Part shown: one piece after another, positions 47,501 to 58,099 of the stretch
Layout of the letters: every line of letters starts with the position of its first letter
How positions within the stretch are numbered: position 1 is the stretch's first letter
Origin: Escherichia phage 121Q
DNA length: 64,000 nucleotides
Sequence record: NC_025447.1
Direction: 5' to 3' (one strand)
The notes under the pieces: generated by a model
Seen by the model: only the letters and a program-made list of their open reading frames with translations
Told to the model about the DNA's origin: nothing
The model's database searches: none
Translations under genes and position numbers: made by a program

Positions 47501-50500
47501 CGTTGATTTCACGATTGCTTAGTGATCCATTATCATTATGAACACTATAATCTGCGTAAAGCATATCATTGAGTTCAACTGTACTGTTTTCACGACCAAT
47601 CGCTTTCCAATAAATTGAATCGCGTGATTGTGATTTAATATACAATGTCCAAATGTTTTCACTATCGGTAACTCTGATAATATCGCCAACTTGGTAGTTT
47701 TTAGTATTAGCATCTTCTAAGCTTGACTCTTGTGTATAAGTCGTGTTACTATCATACCCAACATCATACCAATCAGCATATGACCAGTACTGAGTCATGT
47801 CCAATGAAGTTCCCAGTGATTCAACATAATCAGATTGTTTAATCATTTTATGTTGACCCTCACCTTTGTTCTCTAACGTTATAGTAACAACACTACCCGC
47901 GTTTGCTGGACTATTCATTAACTGAATATATCCATTTTCGTCGAAGTGAATAAAATAAACAGCACTAGAAGTTAATGGATTTGGTAGATATCCACTAGTA
48001 CTTAAAATAACAGCGTCATTTTCTTTAAATTTATCACTTTCAACTGCAATAACTAATTCATTATTGTAAGACAATACACGGAAAGAAACTTCATTCGGAT
48101 TAACTTCAGTGGTTTTAACATTAAACACATCTTCCATAACAACACTATTAGTGGTTATGTTTTGTGACCTATAATAATTATTAGCACTTTCTACAAAGTT
48201 TCTACGAGCTTCTATAACATTTTGGAACCAAGTTTTGTTTGAACCTAAACCGTTATCAACATCTGGATATAATAAATTAATCACAGAACCTGATTCAGTT
48301 GTTTCTTGACCAATTAGTGAGTTCCACATTGAATCCCAAATTAGTGGGTTAAAGTTATAGCTGTCACCTTCTTTACATAGTTGATACTGGTCATGTTTAA
48401 CAACTTCAGTACTATCCATGTAATAAGAAACAGTTAAAATACTGGTATCATCATTCACTTTAAATTGCATATTACTAAGAATAAACGAGTTTTCATTGAT
48501 TGGAGCGAACCAAGGAATGTTTAGCTGTGTTGGATCTTTAATAATACGAGCAATGTCAGTACATGATTTTGTTCTGGTATGTAGTGGTGGTACATAAATT
48601 GTATCACGTACCCAGAAATAGTATTTTGTCACATAACTATCAGTTGAACTATCATATTCCAAAAATGTACTATAATTATCTTCAAGTGCAGTTCCACTTG
48701 GTAGATACATAGTATTATTTTTGTTTTTCTTAGCAACATCTTTACAGTATTTGTCCCAGTTATATGGCTCAACTGGTGAACAAACCCACTCTAACACATC
48801 AATTGTACTATGTGGTAATAAACGACCCCAGTTGTAACGTTTGTATTCATTGGTTGCATCAATATCAACATTACCGTCTGCGTCATAAATTGCACGAGTA
48901 TAATCCAAATAAAATGCAGTGCTAGTGTTCCACCATACTTGACCAACTTTATCAGCACCCCAAGCCTGGATTAACTCTCCATTACTATTATACTGTGCAG
49001 GATCAACTGGTGAAGTATATGTTACGTTTTGCATAGCCGCACCTGGAATAACACCATTAATTGGGTCATAAACGTTTAGATATAGCTCAGTAATGTTAGT
49101 ACGTTCATCATATGTCGTTGGACGATCAAATAAAGTACTTTGTGGTGCTTTAAAACTATATTTCTTGTCAATGTAAGCTTGACGTTCATCAGTACTGGCA
49201 AAACGTGATACATAACGATACAAACGTGGACGTGTATCTGGATCAGTAAATTCAATATCAATAGAAGTGTCAAATGGAACTACCATAACTTTAGGATCAG
49301 AACCAGCAGTATAATATTGACTTTCTACTGTTAAAGTATCTGGCATAAAGTTAGTTTCATCAACAAAATAATAATAATCACCATCTTCAAGTGGTACATT
49401 ATCAGTTAAAGTTACTTTACAAAATTGTTCAGCATACACATCGGTATTTTCAATAGGTGTTATAGAAACCATTTGCACATTAGTATCAACCAATTCAAAA
49501 ATGTTCCACAAACCATTACCGTCTTTAAACATCCACACAGATTCAGGATTTTCACCTTTACCATTAGTATAAGTTATGCGGTCATTATATGCAGTACTGA
49601 AATCTTTTGTTGTGTACGATACTTCATCCAATGTTACTGGACCAATATCTGGAAGTTGGATGTTTTCACTTCTTCCACTACGCATTGGGAATGAGAACTT
49701 ACCATTTGGACGTGTAATCCAACGAGGATCTTTACCCTGCTCACCGAAGTATACAATATGATTACCATTACCATTTGAAGTTGCATTTACATCAAAAGAA
49801 ACCATTTGAGGTTGTTGTTTAAATTGGTCATTGATTAGTTTAAATTGAAGGTTTTTCTTACCATCAATATTACCATATGTACCAATTTTAAATGCCCATT
49901 CTTGTAATGCTTTATATTCATCAGTGTCATATGATTTAGAAACACGAAGTACACGTTCTAAAACTTGGTTAGTACCTTTATCGTGAATGAATCCTTTATA
50001 GAAATCAACACGACTAACATCACTGCTAATCATACGCTGTAGATAATCACGAGATTGATAACCAATCAAATGGTTTGACAACTCTTGTAATTGTACATCA
50101 CTTACTGGAGTTTCACTATCATAATAATGTTGGAAATCCGACACTAATTTTTCAAATGATGGTAGTGTTCCAGCTTCCAAGATAATAAATCCAGGAGCTT
50201 GTAGGCGACCAGTCCATGAACCAGTAATATATCCATACATTTTAATTAGTTCTTGAATAGAACCATATGTTGGCTGATAAATGTAATCACCAAAAATAGT
50301 TTTATCATCAAAAATAACAGCATGTTCATATGAACACAAACTTAAACGAATCAATGCAATGCGTTTATTAGATTCTAAAGTTCTAACAGTGAAGATATTT
50401 CCAATACGAGAAGTTTCAATTTCATATTGGCGAATACCTTGGTTATTATCATCAAGTAATGACCATACACCACCATTATTTTGCGTAATAGATTGTACTG

Positions 50501-53500
50501 AACCAAAGTCTGCCCCAAATTTAGCGTTTGCAGCACTTGGGGTACAAGAAATAAATTCACCAGTTACTAGAGAATTCTGACTCCAGATCACGAAATCTTT
50601 AGCAATAGTGTTCCAATCTTGTTGAGCACCACTATCATTTACATCTTCAAAAATCCAACCATGTTCTTTAAGATATTCACCATATCCACAAATAAAAGTA
50701 TAAACTTCTTGGTAACTATTGAAAACTTTACCATATTCAATTGAAGCTTCAGACTTCCATTCATTATAATGAACAACATTACGGTTTTCCAATTTAAGAG
50801 TTACTTTTCTACCATTTTTTACGGGAAGTTTATATTTAAATTTAGCACCAACTAGATCATATCCATCAATCTGATATGCACTACCATTCCAAGTAATTTT
50901 GATCGCACTCATTTGCTCATCACGGATATTATTAGAACGAACAAGACCAATGGTTTGGTTTTCTTGTGAAATAAGACCGAAAGATTTAGCATTGAATGTT
51001 AGCTGATCTGCTTTAGTAAATCCTCCAATTTTATGACCAACATTTATATAAGAAGAACGAACTACATCCCCATACTTGGTGGTAATATTTTTATTTTGAT
51101 ACATCAAATGGTCACTTACAAACATTTGATAACCAATTGTTCTTGTGCTATTTTCACCATGAACTACTGTATTTTTATCAAAATTAATACGCTTACGTGT
51201 ATCACCATAAAGGAATTGTGAACCATCAGTGAATACTTCTTTTAAGTTATCATTGCGGGTATCCCAGAAATAGTTAGCAAATTGTGCTGGTTTAGCTTTA
51301 TACAAAAGCATCATTTGGTCATATGCAAACAATGTAGTGTTCATGTATGTAAATTCCATGTCACCCATATCACCATATGTCCAAGGTTCTGCTCTATGAT
51401 TTAAAGATCCAGACACTAAACCTAAAATTTCAGGTGCAATATATTCAACCACACAAATATCAATACCAGAAGATGTTTTATTTCCAGTTTTTGTAATTTT
51501 GAATGGCTGTACACCAAATCTTTTATATTTGTCATATTGACCACGACGATCACCAAATAAAATAGTTCCAGTACTGCTATCGCCAATAGTTCCGTCAATA
51601 TCCCAAAGACCACTAGGAACTAAATCACCTTGCTCATTCATAACAAGTGCTTCATATACATATACAACATCACTATCACGTTCACCAACTTGAACAGCCG
51701 TTGGTTCGTATTCTTGGTTCCACCAAGTTGGACGTTGTGTAAAGCCAAACATTTCCCACGGATGGGTAGCTGGGCGATATGTACCATATTGGTCAGTGTA
51801 AATGGCACGCCATGAACCACGTGCAGGAATTTCAGTACTTTGACCATTAACTACATAATAAGTGCCAGTATAGTTCCAAGTTCTCCAATTGTTAGGATCA
51901 TAATCATGTGTACTATTACTGATACCATTAGTTGCGGTGAAGTTAATGTATCCACGTAGTAATAATGTTTGTTTCTCTTCAGCACTATATTCAGTTTTAG
52001 TGAAATATGGTGTAGGGAAAAGGTCATCACTATTCAATACTGGTACGTAATCAACATCTTTGAATTTATTATCAATACTATTAAAAATTCTATTTTCTAA
52101 TTCATATACAACATCATCCATTTTATCAACACCATTGATAACACGGTATGCTTTGGAAATAATACCAGTATGACTGATGTTATAACAGCTTGGTTTACTA
52201 CCAGCAGTGAGGAATGTCGCTTTTTCTGGTACATATGCTTGAAGAATACCTAAGAACTGTGGTGTTGGTGGTATAAATGCACGAATGAATCCAGAAGTAC
52301 TTCCAACATTATCATAATAGAATGGGAATGAACTATCACGTCCCATATTAATAGTAGTTAAAATTGCATCAACAATGTTTGCAGCACTATTTTGTAAAAA
52401 GTCTGATGGATTTTCATCATACATACGAAGCATTTGTGTATTAAATTTATTAATGAATCTAAAATATTCAGATTGCATAAACATAGTTGCTTCAAATAAA
52501 TCAATATCTTCATTTGCAGTATGTGCCATCAATGGAAGCATAGATGCTTCATTTTGGATAATTTTAGTACCTACGCCATTATTAACCAATCCTTTAGCCA
52601 AACGTTCTTCATAGTCATTGAAATCATCAGAAGAACCACGTGTAATGTTCTTTTGAATAATATCCTGAAAATGTAAAGTGTAGTCACCTTGGTTAATGTA
52701 TATAATATTGGAATTGTATGGGTTATTTTGTAAGTTAATTGGAACTTCATATGCACCTAATTCTTTATTAGGAGTTACAGTACTGCTATAAGTTCTAATT
52801 TGAATAACTGAATCTTCATCCAAATCTACAGTGCTATCTAAGGTGATACTTTGAACTTGACCTTTTGATACATTTTTGGTATATTTTGATACATCAACAC
52901 CATCAACAACAACTTCAATTATGTCAGAATCATTATCTAAAACTTTTTGTGCTAATTCGAATGTGTGGTCATATTTTACAATCTGAACACCATCACCAGT
53001 GATTGGATGCCAGTCTAGATAAGTTTCGCGGTCTGCTTTATAGTACTGATAGGTTCTATCAACTTCAATAACATATGCATACATACCATCAACTGGTTCT
53101 TTAAAAACTTCCATATCATAAACAGTACTGAATACACGATACATATCAGTACGTTTGACTTGTGGAGTTTGTTTTACAAATTGTTTAGAGTACTCTTCTG
53201 AACGAACCCAATCGGTTTGAAGATTCATTTCATTATTTTCATCAATAATGTTATAATAGTATAAACCATCAATTTCAACTTCTTTTCCAAGATGGTCATA
53301 GGTATAACGTTGGGATTGTAAAAAGTTTTCATAAATGTAATAATTATAATCACCAAGTTCAATGTTATATCCATATACACTATCAGTTGCATAGTTGTAA
53401 TTTATTTTAAAACCAAACAACTCTGAACCTTTAAAGTTACTGGATGGATATGTAGTACTGTTGTCAAGTTTGATACCATTACGATCATAAAGTTGGAATT

Positions 53501-54554
53501 TAGGGAATATGTTAACACTAGTTTTTGATTGTGCACGAACCCACAAAGAACCATTCCAGTACATAGAACTGTTACCATACTCATTACCTTTGGTGATTAG
53601 AACAACATCACCATCTTGAGGTTCACCACTTGGGCGTGATTCGGTTTCTTCTTCTGGATCTAATGCCAAACCATAAACACGAGTACCATCCTGCATTTTT
53701 TTGACATATACATTATAAATTCTATTATTTTCACCATTGTTACCAATACTGGTGAATAGAATACGCATACCATCTTGTGGAATAATACCATCAATACGGA
53801 TGCCACTATTAATATCTTTTTGTACGATATCTTCAGGTTTGATTATATCTGAGAATAGATCGACAGTTCCACGGAATTTTGTACCGTAGTTAATTAGTTC
53901 AATATTTTTATTATATTCGATAATTGGAGCACGGGCACGAATAAAGCGAGAATCTTGCATTAATTCTTCAGTTAAAATTGAACCATCTTCTAAAGTTTCA
54001 CCTAAAGTATACCAAAAGTTTTGTAGTGACCATGTATTACCATTAAGTGCACCACGTTCCATTACAATGTAATCAGGTGAAGTAATATTATAAGAGTTTT
54101 TAGTATCCCAAAGATATGAGCTAAAATTGTTCATTTTATTTGGGTTAATAGCTGGAGTCCATGCATAAAACTTACCGTTGAACAAACGGCTTTCATTATC
54201 GGTTAGTGCTCCATAATGATTCATGTATCCAACTAGATCATCATAAAATTGAATTGAACGAATTGTCGAATCATCATTTTTTGAGACGTAAGCAGTGGAC
54301 AACTGATAAAGTTGACGTGCTACAGTACTTTCATGTAAGAAGATATTACCAGCAGCGGCAGGAGAACCCATATCACCAATATAGCCGTCAACTAATTCGT
54401 TTTCAGCCGGATTAAACCATTGTTGAATAACATCATCACTGACTTTTTGAATATCTTCTAAGCCTTGCATCCACTCAGGCAATCTTTTAATAAAAAGCTT
54501 CTTCTGTACTGCTTCAGCCATCTGTGTAGGTTGAAACTTAAAATTATTAGTCAT
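44583..54554 (-). CDS. giant virion structural protein (about 3320 aa), baseplate/fibre module
   Basis: Single uninterrupted frame (ORF track start 54584); second ATG at 54554 has GGAG 7 nt upstream and lies downstream of a late-promoter-like box; no domain assigned. Confidence 0.55.
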   Translation of the reverse strand: MTNNFKFQPTQMAEAVQKKLFIKRLPEWMQGLEDIQKVSDDVIQQWFNPAENELVDGYIGDMGSPAAAGNIFLHESTVARQLYQLSTAYVSKNDDSTIRSIQFYDDLVGYMNHYGALTDNESRLFNGKFYAWTPAINPNKMNNFSSYLWDTKNSYNITSPDYIVMERGALNGNTWSLQNFWYTLGETLEDGSILTEELMQDSRFIRARAPIIEYNKNIELINYGTKFRGTVDLFSDIIKPEDIVQKDINSGIRIDGIIPQDGMRILFTSIGNNGENNRIYNVYVKKMQDGTRVYGLALDPEEETESRPSGEPQDGDVVLITKGNEYGNSSMYWNGSLWVRAQSKTSVNIFPKFQLYDRNGIKLDNSTTYPSSNFKGSELFGFKINYNYATDSVYGYNIELGDYNYYIYENFLQSQRYTYDHLGKEVEIDGLYYYNIIDENNEMNLQTDWVRSEEYSKQFVKQTPQVKRTDMYRVFSTVYDMEVFKEPVDGMYAYVIEVDRTYQYYKADRETYLDWHPITGDGVQIVKYDHTFELAQKVLDNDSDIIEVVVDGVDVSKYTKNVSKGQVQSITLDSTVDLDEDSVIQIRTYSSTVTPNKELGAYEVPINLQNNPYNSNIIYINQGDYTLHFQDIIQKNITRGSSDDFNDYEERLAKGLVNNGVGTKIIQNEASMLPLMAHTANEDIDLFEATMFMQSEYFRFINKFNTQMLRMYDENPSDFLQNSAANIVDAILTTINMGRDSSFPFYYDNVGSTSGFIRAFIPPTPQFLGILQAYVPEKATFLTAGSKPSCYNISHTGIISKAYRVINGVDKMDDVVYELENRIFNSIDNKFKDVDYVPVLNSDDLFPTPYFTKTEYSAEEKQTLLLRGYINFTATNGISNSTHDYDPNNWRTWNYTGTYYVVNGQSTEIPARGSWRAIYTDQYGTYRPATHPWEMFGFTQRPTWWNQEYEPTAVQVGERDSDVVYVYEALVMNEQGDLVPSGLWDIDGTIGDSSTGTILFGDRRGQYDKYKRFGVQPFKITKTGNKTSSGIDICVVEYIAPEILGLVSGSLNHRAEPWTYGDMGDMEFTYMNTTLFAYDQMMLLYKAKPAQFANYFWDTRNDNLKEVFTDGSQFLYGDTRKRINFDKNTVVHGENSTRTIGYQMFVSDHLMYQNKNITTKYGDVVRSSYINVGHKIGGFTKADQLTFNAKSFGLISQENQTIGLVRSNNIRDEQMSAIKITWNGSAYQIDGYDLVGAKFKYKLPVKNGRKVTLKLENRNVVHYNEWKSEASIEYGKVFNSYQEVYTFICGYGEYLKEHGWIFEDVNDSGAQQDWNTIAKDFVIWSQNSLVTGEFISCTPSAANAKFGADFGSVQSITQNNGGVWSLLDDNNQGIRQYEIETSRIGNIFTVRTLESNKRIALIRLSLCSYEHAVIFDDKTIFGDYIYQPTYGSIQELIKMYGYITGSWTGRLQAPGFIILEAGTLPSFEKLVSDFQHYYDSETPVSDVQLQELSNHLIGYQSRDYLQRMISSDVSRVDFYKGFIHDKGTNQVLERVLRVSKSYDTDEYKALQEWAFKIGTYGNIDGKKNLQFKLINDQFKQQPQMVSFDVNATSNGNGNHIVYFGEQGKDPRWITRPNGKFSFPMRSGRSENIQLPDIGPVTLDEVSYTTKDFSTAYNDRITYTNGKGENPESVWMFKDGNGLWNIFELVDTNVQMVSITPIENTDVYAEQFCKVTLTDNVPLEDGDYYYFVDETNFMPDTLTVESQYYTAGSDPKVMVVPFDTSIDIEFTDPDTRPRLYRYVSRFASTDERQAYIDKKYSFKAPQSTLFDRPTTYDERTNITELYLNVYDPINGVIPGAAMQNVTYTSPVDPAQYNSNGELIQAWGADKVGQVWWNTSTAFYLDYTRAIYDADGNVDIDATNEYKRYNWGRLLPHSTIDVLEWVCSPVEPYNWDKYCKDVAKKNKNNTMYLPSGTALEDNYSTFLEYDSSTDSYVTKYYFWVRDTIYVPPLHTRTKSCTDIARIIKDPTQLNIPWFAPINENSFILSNMQFKVNDDTSILTVSYYMDSTEVVKHDQYQLCKEGDSYNFNPLIWDSMWNSLIGQETTESGSVINLLYPDVDNGLGSNKTWFQNVIEARRNFVESANNYYRSQNITTNSVVMEDVFNVKTTEVNPNEVSFRVLSYNNELVIAVESDKFKENDAVILSTSGYLPNPLTSSAVYFIHFDENGYIQLMNSPANAGSVVTITLENKGEGQHKMIKQSDYVESLGTSLDMTQYWSYADWYDVGYDSNTTYTQESSLEDANTKNYQVGDIIRVTDSENIWTLYIKSQSRDSIYWKAIGRENSTVELNDMLYADYSVHNDNGSLSNREINVRKALALLKNSFDLHQSEIVFDMVKYVHVEQSVVDWVFKTSYIYIVGLEQSLVQNYSNDNLINQIVEYFEEVKPYRTKIRSQIEQKTSDDDLIKGLCNDLDPNGYIFVDGSWIKTEKDIWDYEYAQFNEITQKWEQVGSLPSDFVTPNRRFQEIDIIMHYDNIQCKPNEDLASINELVSVNNKYQSNEKDAVSNYELQRYIYSFPEYSEETFDLLIAYQMQIYYPELDVTLGTAYGVNQWYKDHAEDLEATDEFTATLERVYKESTHNDMFTDLRQYVQYNTLANRLKLYKDISDEKIHDEVGCGFSGLTYNDNPSTRLPLGFSSSNDYNYGYFEISSELYQKYISLIKDKNPDASDYEVKVKLEVEYGVYVYRYDEVGGDTRFYTDAIHVLAGMRGLFDKDATDKYEKAEEILSKTPIDIYAITMIPRKYVYLNVNGVYQSIPDEQSIDDFMEDYFITNGEMVELAEINLDDLPLDQNNPMYSDYQYILDSITEAKYFNDMNAFDNLALESQTSSIKWEVKDDEVDPYIVDISDINPSGRDVGQIRFTVDGYGFDNVSLVQLRDNSRYQTEGMAIINPYKHTEAIVSIPSYAKIENDINKTTSKFDEKYFYRVRSINSLTEAEIVDNDLSDGDKVMIFTPDGEDFVRYQNHTWETILRVSNIKNNTTPILFTVRNTGKETIELIDESTGAVLRYDNITLAQQNEPVQPLALNIVRVRTFADPEFVKNGIKLYEQNRNYTIDVINYDVFYDTTLNGGKYNDGITPDDVDVWIISNEIFDVDGITIDNGYNLPITGAGVLSELARTKMTDSLEINVIEYDSSVIQPFRNNEGIWVYGFPMVDGMYIGVVGGTVTNITTISEENTTYVSQPKSISPYSIRNNVLSGSAANMNDIISIGYEKVEVRNANNLLRGVMYSAEHDFKLNTTYSFNGINLGNYDMLKRYTQNSYTIDLSVYTDSLQVSGNDIKNILLVK

Positions 54555-54590
54555 TTTTGGACTCCATATAATTCGTTCATTCATTTGATT

Positions 54591-54598
54591 TATTTATG
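54591..54598 (-). promoter_or_regulatory. late-promoter-like box CATAAATA upstream of giant ORF
   Basis: 7/8 match to TATAAATA, downstream of a minus-strand terminator. Confidence 0.25.
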
Positions 54599-54599
54599 A

Positions 54600-54628
54600 T
54601 ATAAAAAAGGCGTTCCGAAGAACGCCCG
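54600..54628 (-). terminator. minus-strand terminator/attenuator between baseplate genes
   Basis: GGCGTTC-cgaa-GAACGCC with U-tract on minus strand. Confidence 0.5.
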
Positions 54629-54633
54629 TTATA

Positions 54634-57600
54634 TTAAGAACCGATATTAATATTACTTTTAGCTAGTGAGTTAACAATTTGAACATTTTCAACAGATGCA
54701 GTACTCAAAAATATTTGGTCTGAACGTGAAGGGATTTCAAATAGAGAACCAAATTTTGAATTTGGATTTTGTGCAACTATAACAATAGTACTAATATGTC
54801 TACCTAACTGTGAGTGTATGTAAGTACACAAATCAGTATAATAGAAACTTTCACCGAAATCCCAGTTATCAACATTGAAGTATTCATTAGTTAATGCTAT
54901 GACATTTTGACGAATTTCATCATCACTCATTGTGCTGTTTGGTAATTTCACTACTTTAAAATCAGCTTTGTAATCTTCAGCAGCACTGTTTCCAAATAAA
55001 GGTAAGTACTCAGCACTATGCCAAATGATACTATCACTAATGACTATTTTTTGTTCAACATCTTTGAACATATCTTTTAATTCAACCGATGTTGGTGGTT
55101 TAGGAATACTACCAACAGCATTATTTTTCAACCAAACGTCAACTTCAGTTTTATATGAATTGGTTAATACATACATATCAATTAAGTTTGTTCTACTAGG
55201 ATCAATGCGATTGTCGTCAGGTGCATAGTGTTTCCAATGGAAGTCTATACTAGTACGTGCATTAGTTTTAACAGTGTACTGTGAAGTAACATCTTTGTAT
55301 CCATAATAATCTAGCTTCTGATTCTCGTCAGCATTAGTTCCCATGTTATTAATTGCACGATAAAAAGCCAATTCAGGACTAACAGTGCCAGTATCATCGG
55401 AATAAGTTAAATTACTAATTAGTTGTCCCAAACGATCATTGTTATTGCCAACTGTTTGTTCAATAAAATAATATTTACCATCATAGTTAAAACCAACTAA
55501 AAATCCAGAACCTTTACTATATAATCCACTCAATGTGGTTGAACGAATTGCGTTATTTCTAACAAATTCAGTTCTTTTATATGCATTCGGCTCTGCCAAA
55601 GCTTGTTCCATTGTATAAGACCACGATGAATCAAGAAGTGTGAAGGTATCATTTGGTAACGACAGTACTGATATAGTGAAATCACTATTTTCCTGAAATA
55701 CCAAAATACCACCATATTTTAATGCATCGGTTCCAGTCCAAGTAGGAACAATTTCTTTAAATTGGTTTGGTTCCAATGGTATACCATTACTATCTACTTT
55801 CCTAGATGTAACAATAACACGAGAACCATCTAGATAGCCATTCTCTTGTTGAATTGTGTCATAAATTTGAAAATCTATATTACTTGTCAATCCTGAATTA
55901 CTACTACTAGTAGTGTTAGATGATAAAATTTCAATCTTATCACTTTGAACTGTACCAGTACTTATATCAGTAATTTTTTTAGATGATACAAAGTAAAATC
56001 TTACTTTTTCTCCACCCACAAAAATATATTCAATACCGTTAGCATCAAATTCCCAAGTTTCTGCTGTATATTTTACATTTATTATAATTAAAACTTCATT
56101 ACCATTATACACAATAGTATCGTCATTAGTACTTGCTTCGATTGGAACCCATGAAGTTGTTTCTTTATCATGTACAATTACAAAATCGGTTTTTTTATCC
56201 AACATAGCAGAAATAGACTGAACTTCAACTGTGTTAAATCTAGTTCTATATGGTAATATGTACTCTATTGCTTGCATTCCACTAGGAACAGATGTGCTTA
56301 GTACATAAAAACCATTATCTAACACACTTACAACACTTGCCCATATCGTAGTACCAGAATTAGAAAATTTAATAAGAGTACCTACCTGATACGAACCATA
56401 CACTGTTCCAGACGAACCCAAAATTCTGCCATATGTATTGGTTGTGTAATTTGAATTGTACACTGGAGTCCATGCTTGTTGTATTTCAATACCAATTGTA
56501 TTGGATGGATACGCTTGGTAACGTTGTATTACTGCATTTTCCCCAATCAATGGTTGAATATTGTCAATAACAATACTAGCATTTGTTTTTGTAGTTGGGA
56601 GCAATAACGATCTATTAAATTGCGTGTTTTCTTGATATAATGCACCATCATCACTAAAAACGTCGGTATTCTGATACTTACCAGTAGGATCATTGATATC
56701 AATGAACCTTGATTGACCACTATAAATTCTATTAATAGCTTTAGATTTAAGTACTGTATTTCCTAAACTAAGTGGTGCTATATTATAATCTTCACCATTG
56801 ACAAAACGGTTTTGGGTATAGTACATTTGTGGTGCACGTGCTTTAATCTGCTCAATAGTTTCAGCACTTTGTGCACGGTCGGATTCATATTGTAATGAAA
56901 AACGTATATCCAATGTACTAGATTCATAACTTGACTGTGTTTTTGTACGATATGTATATTTTACGCTTTTGTTTTGAATTTCAGAAGTTTTAATGTTATA
57001 TGTTTTACCATTACTAACACGATACCATACACGGAACGTCCCACGGGGAACAACACCACTTCTTGAGTCTGGGTACTTAATTGTTATTTGGTCTTTATCA
57101 CGAGTAGTAACAGCAAAAATTGTTTTTAATTGACGATTAACAGTGTTATATGCAATACTTTCCATTGATGGAACTTTTGTCCATTTGGTACGAACAATAC
57201 CATCTTCATTTATTTCTTGAACCCATACATCAGTTTCGTTGATATTATCAACGTTAATATCTTGTATACGGTTCTCTTCACGGATAGCATATTGATAATC
57301 TTGATATGTTAATGTACCTTGTACGAAATATACAAAAAACCCAGTATTTGGTGAGCTAAATCCATTACCATCATTTTGATAAACAATATATTTTTGCTCT
57401 TGTGGTTCTGGATGTCGTTCTTCAACACCAACAGACGTAATATCAGGATTCACTACTTCAAATGTCATAGATTCACCATTGACAGTTGCAATAAATGGAA
57501 TACTGGGTGCTGTCATTGGGATGGTGTTCATTCGATATAGTTGACGGGAGACACCATTAACATCAATACGCTTGACTGGATTACCAAATTGGTTAGTACT

Positions 57601-58095
57601 GACAAATGAACTGTTCATTACTAGAATAAAGTTTTCATACCAGTTAGCATCCATCGGGTCATTCCAACGAATAATTTTATCTTTTAATGATTCATTAAAA
57701 CTATTACGAACATCTTGGTTTGTTTTAATTTCGGTTAATTTAGCAACTGCACGACCTGGATATGAGCGGCGTGGTGAGTAAGAAATCATTTTAGCTAGTT
57801 TTAGTACTGACGCACGACGAGTTGCAGTATCTAAAAAGTTTTCACGCGTGTTCAAATCCATACGAAATGCCAAGTTTTGTCCTAGCATAGAAATCGTATC
57901 TAAAATAAAAATAAACTGGTCGTTTTCGATCCAGTCGTTAAATGAATCTGGGTAAGTTGCACGTAGATAATCAATCATACTCTGACGGATAGTGTCGAAG
58001 TCATAAGCTGTTAGATTGATTTTATAAAAACTTTCATATACTTGAGTCCAATCCTCACCACTATATAAATTAGACTGTCTTTTTTGTTGTGACAT
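54634..58095 (-). CDS. baseplate wedge protein, J-like (T4 gp6 / P2 gpJ analog) with large extension
   Basis: Position downstream of gp25-like gene in the conserved W-J order; N-terminal region loosely resembles the Baseplate_J pattern; 1153 aa. Confidence 0.45.
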   Translation of the reverse strand: MSQQKRQSNLYSGEDWTQVYESFYKINLTAYDFDTIRQSMIDYLRATYPDSFNDWIENDQFIFILDTISMLGQNLAFRMDLNTRENFLDTATRRASVLKLAKMISYSPRRSYPGRAVAKLTEIKTNQDVRNSFNESLKDKIIRWNDPMDANWYENFILVMNSSFVSTNQFGNPVKRIDVNGVSRQLYRMNTIPMTAPSIPFIATVNGESMTFEVVNPDITSVGVEERHPEPQEQKYIVYQNDGNGFSSPNTGFFVYFVQGTLTYQDYQYAIREENRIQDINVDNINETDVWVQEINEDGIVRTKWTKVPSMESIAYNTVNRQLKTIFAVTTRDKDQITIKYPDSRSGVVPRGTFRVWYRVSNGKTYNIKTSEIQNKSVKYTYRTKTQSSYESSTLDIRFSLQYESDRAQSAETIEQIKARAPQMYYTQNRFVNGEDYNIAPLSLGNTVLKSKAINRIYSGQSRFIDINDPTGKYQNTDVFSDDGALYQENTQFNRSLLLPTTKTNASIVIDNIQPLIGENAVIQRYQAYPSNTIGIEIQQAWTPVYNSNYTTNTYGRILGSSGTVYGSYQVGTLIKFSNSGTTIWASVVSVLDNGFYVLSTSVPSGMQAIEYILPYRTRFNTVEVQSISAMLDKKTDFVIVHDKETTSWVPIEASTNDDTIVYNGNEVLIIINVKYTAETWEFDANGIEYIFVGGEKVRFYFVSSKKITDISTGTVQSDKIEILSSNTTSSSNSGLTSNIDFQIYDTIQQENGYLDGSRVIVTSRKVDSNGIPLEPNQFKEIVPTWTGTDALKYGGILVFQENSDFTISVLSLPNDTFTLLDSSWSYTMEQALAEPNAYKRTEFVRNNAIRSTTLSGLYSKGSGFLVGFNYDGKYYFIEQTVGNNNDRLGQLISNLTYSDDTGTVSPELAFYRAINNMGTNADENQKLDYYGYKDVTSQYTVKTNARTSIDFHWKHYAPDDNRIDPSRTNLIDMYVLTNSYKTEVDVWLKNNAVGSIPKPPTSVELKDMFKDVEQKIVISDSIIWHSAEYLPLFGNSAAEDYKADFKVVKLPNSTMSDDEIRQNVIALTNEYFNVDNWDFGESFYYTDLCTYIHSQLGRHISTIVIVAQNPNSKFGSLFEIPSRSDQIFLSTASVENVQIVNSLAKSNINIGS

Positions 58096-58099
58096 TATT

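Noticed and set aside
47519-54415. Short ORFs on both strands inside 44583-54584
   Set aside because: All are embedded in the giant uninterrupted minus-strand ORF, are low-complexity and have no RBS
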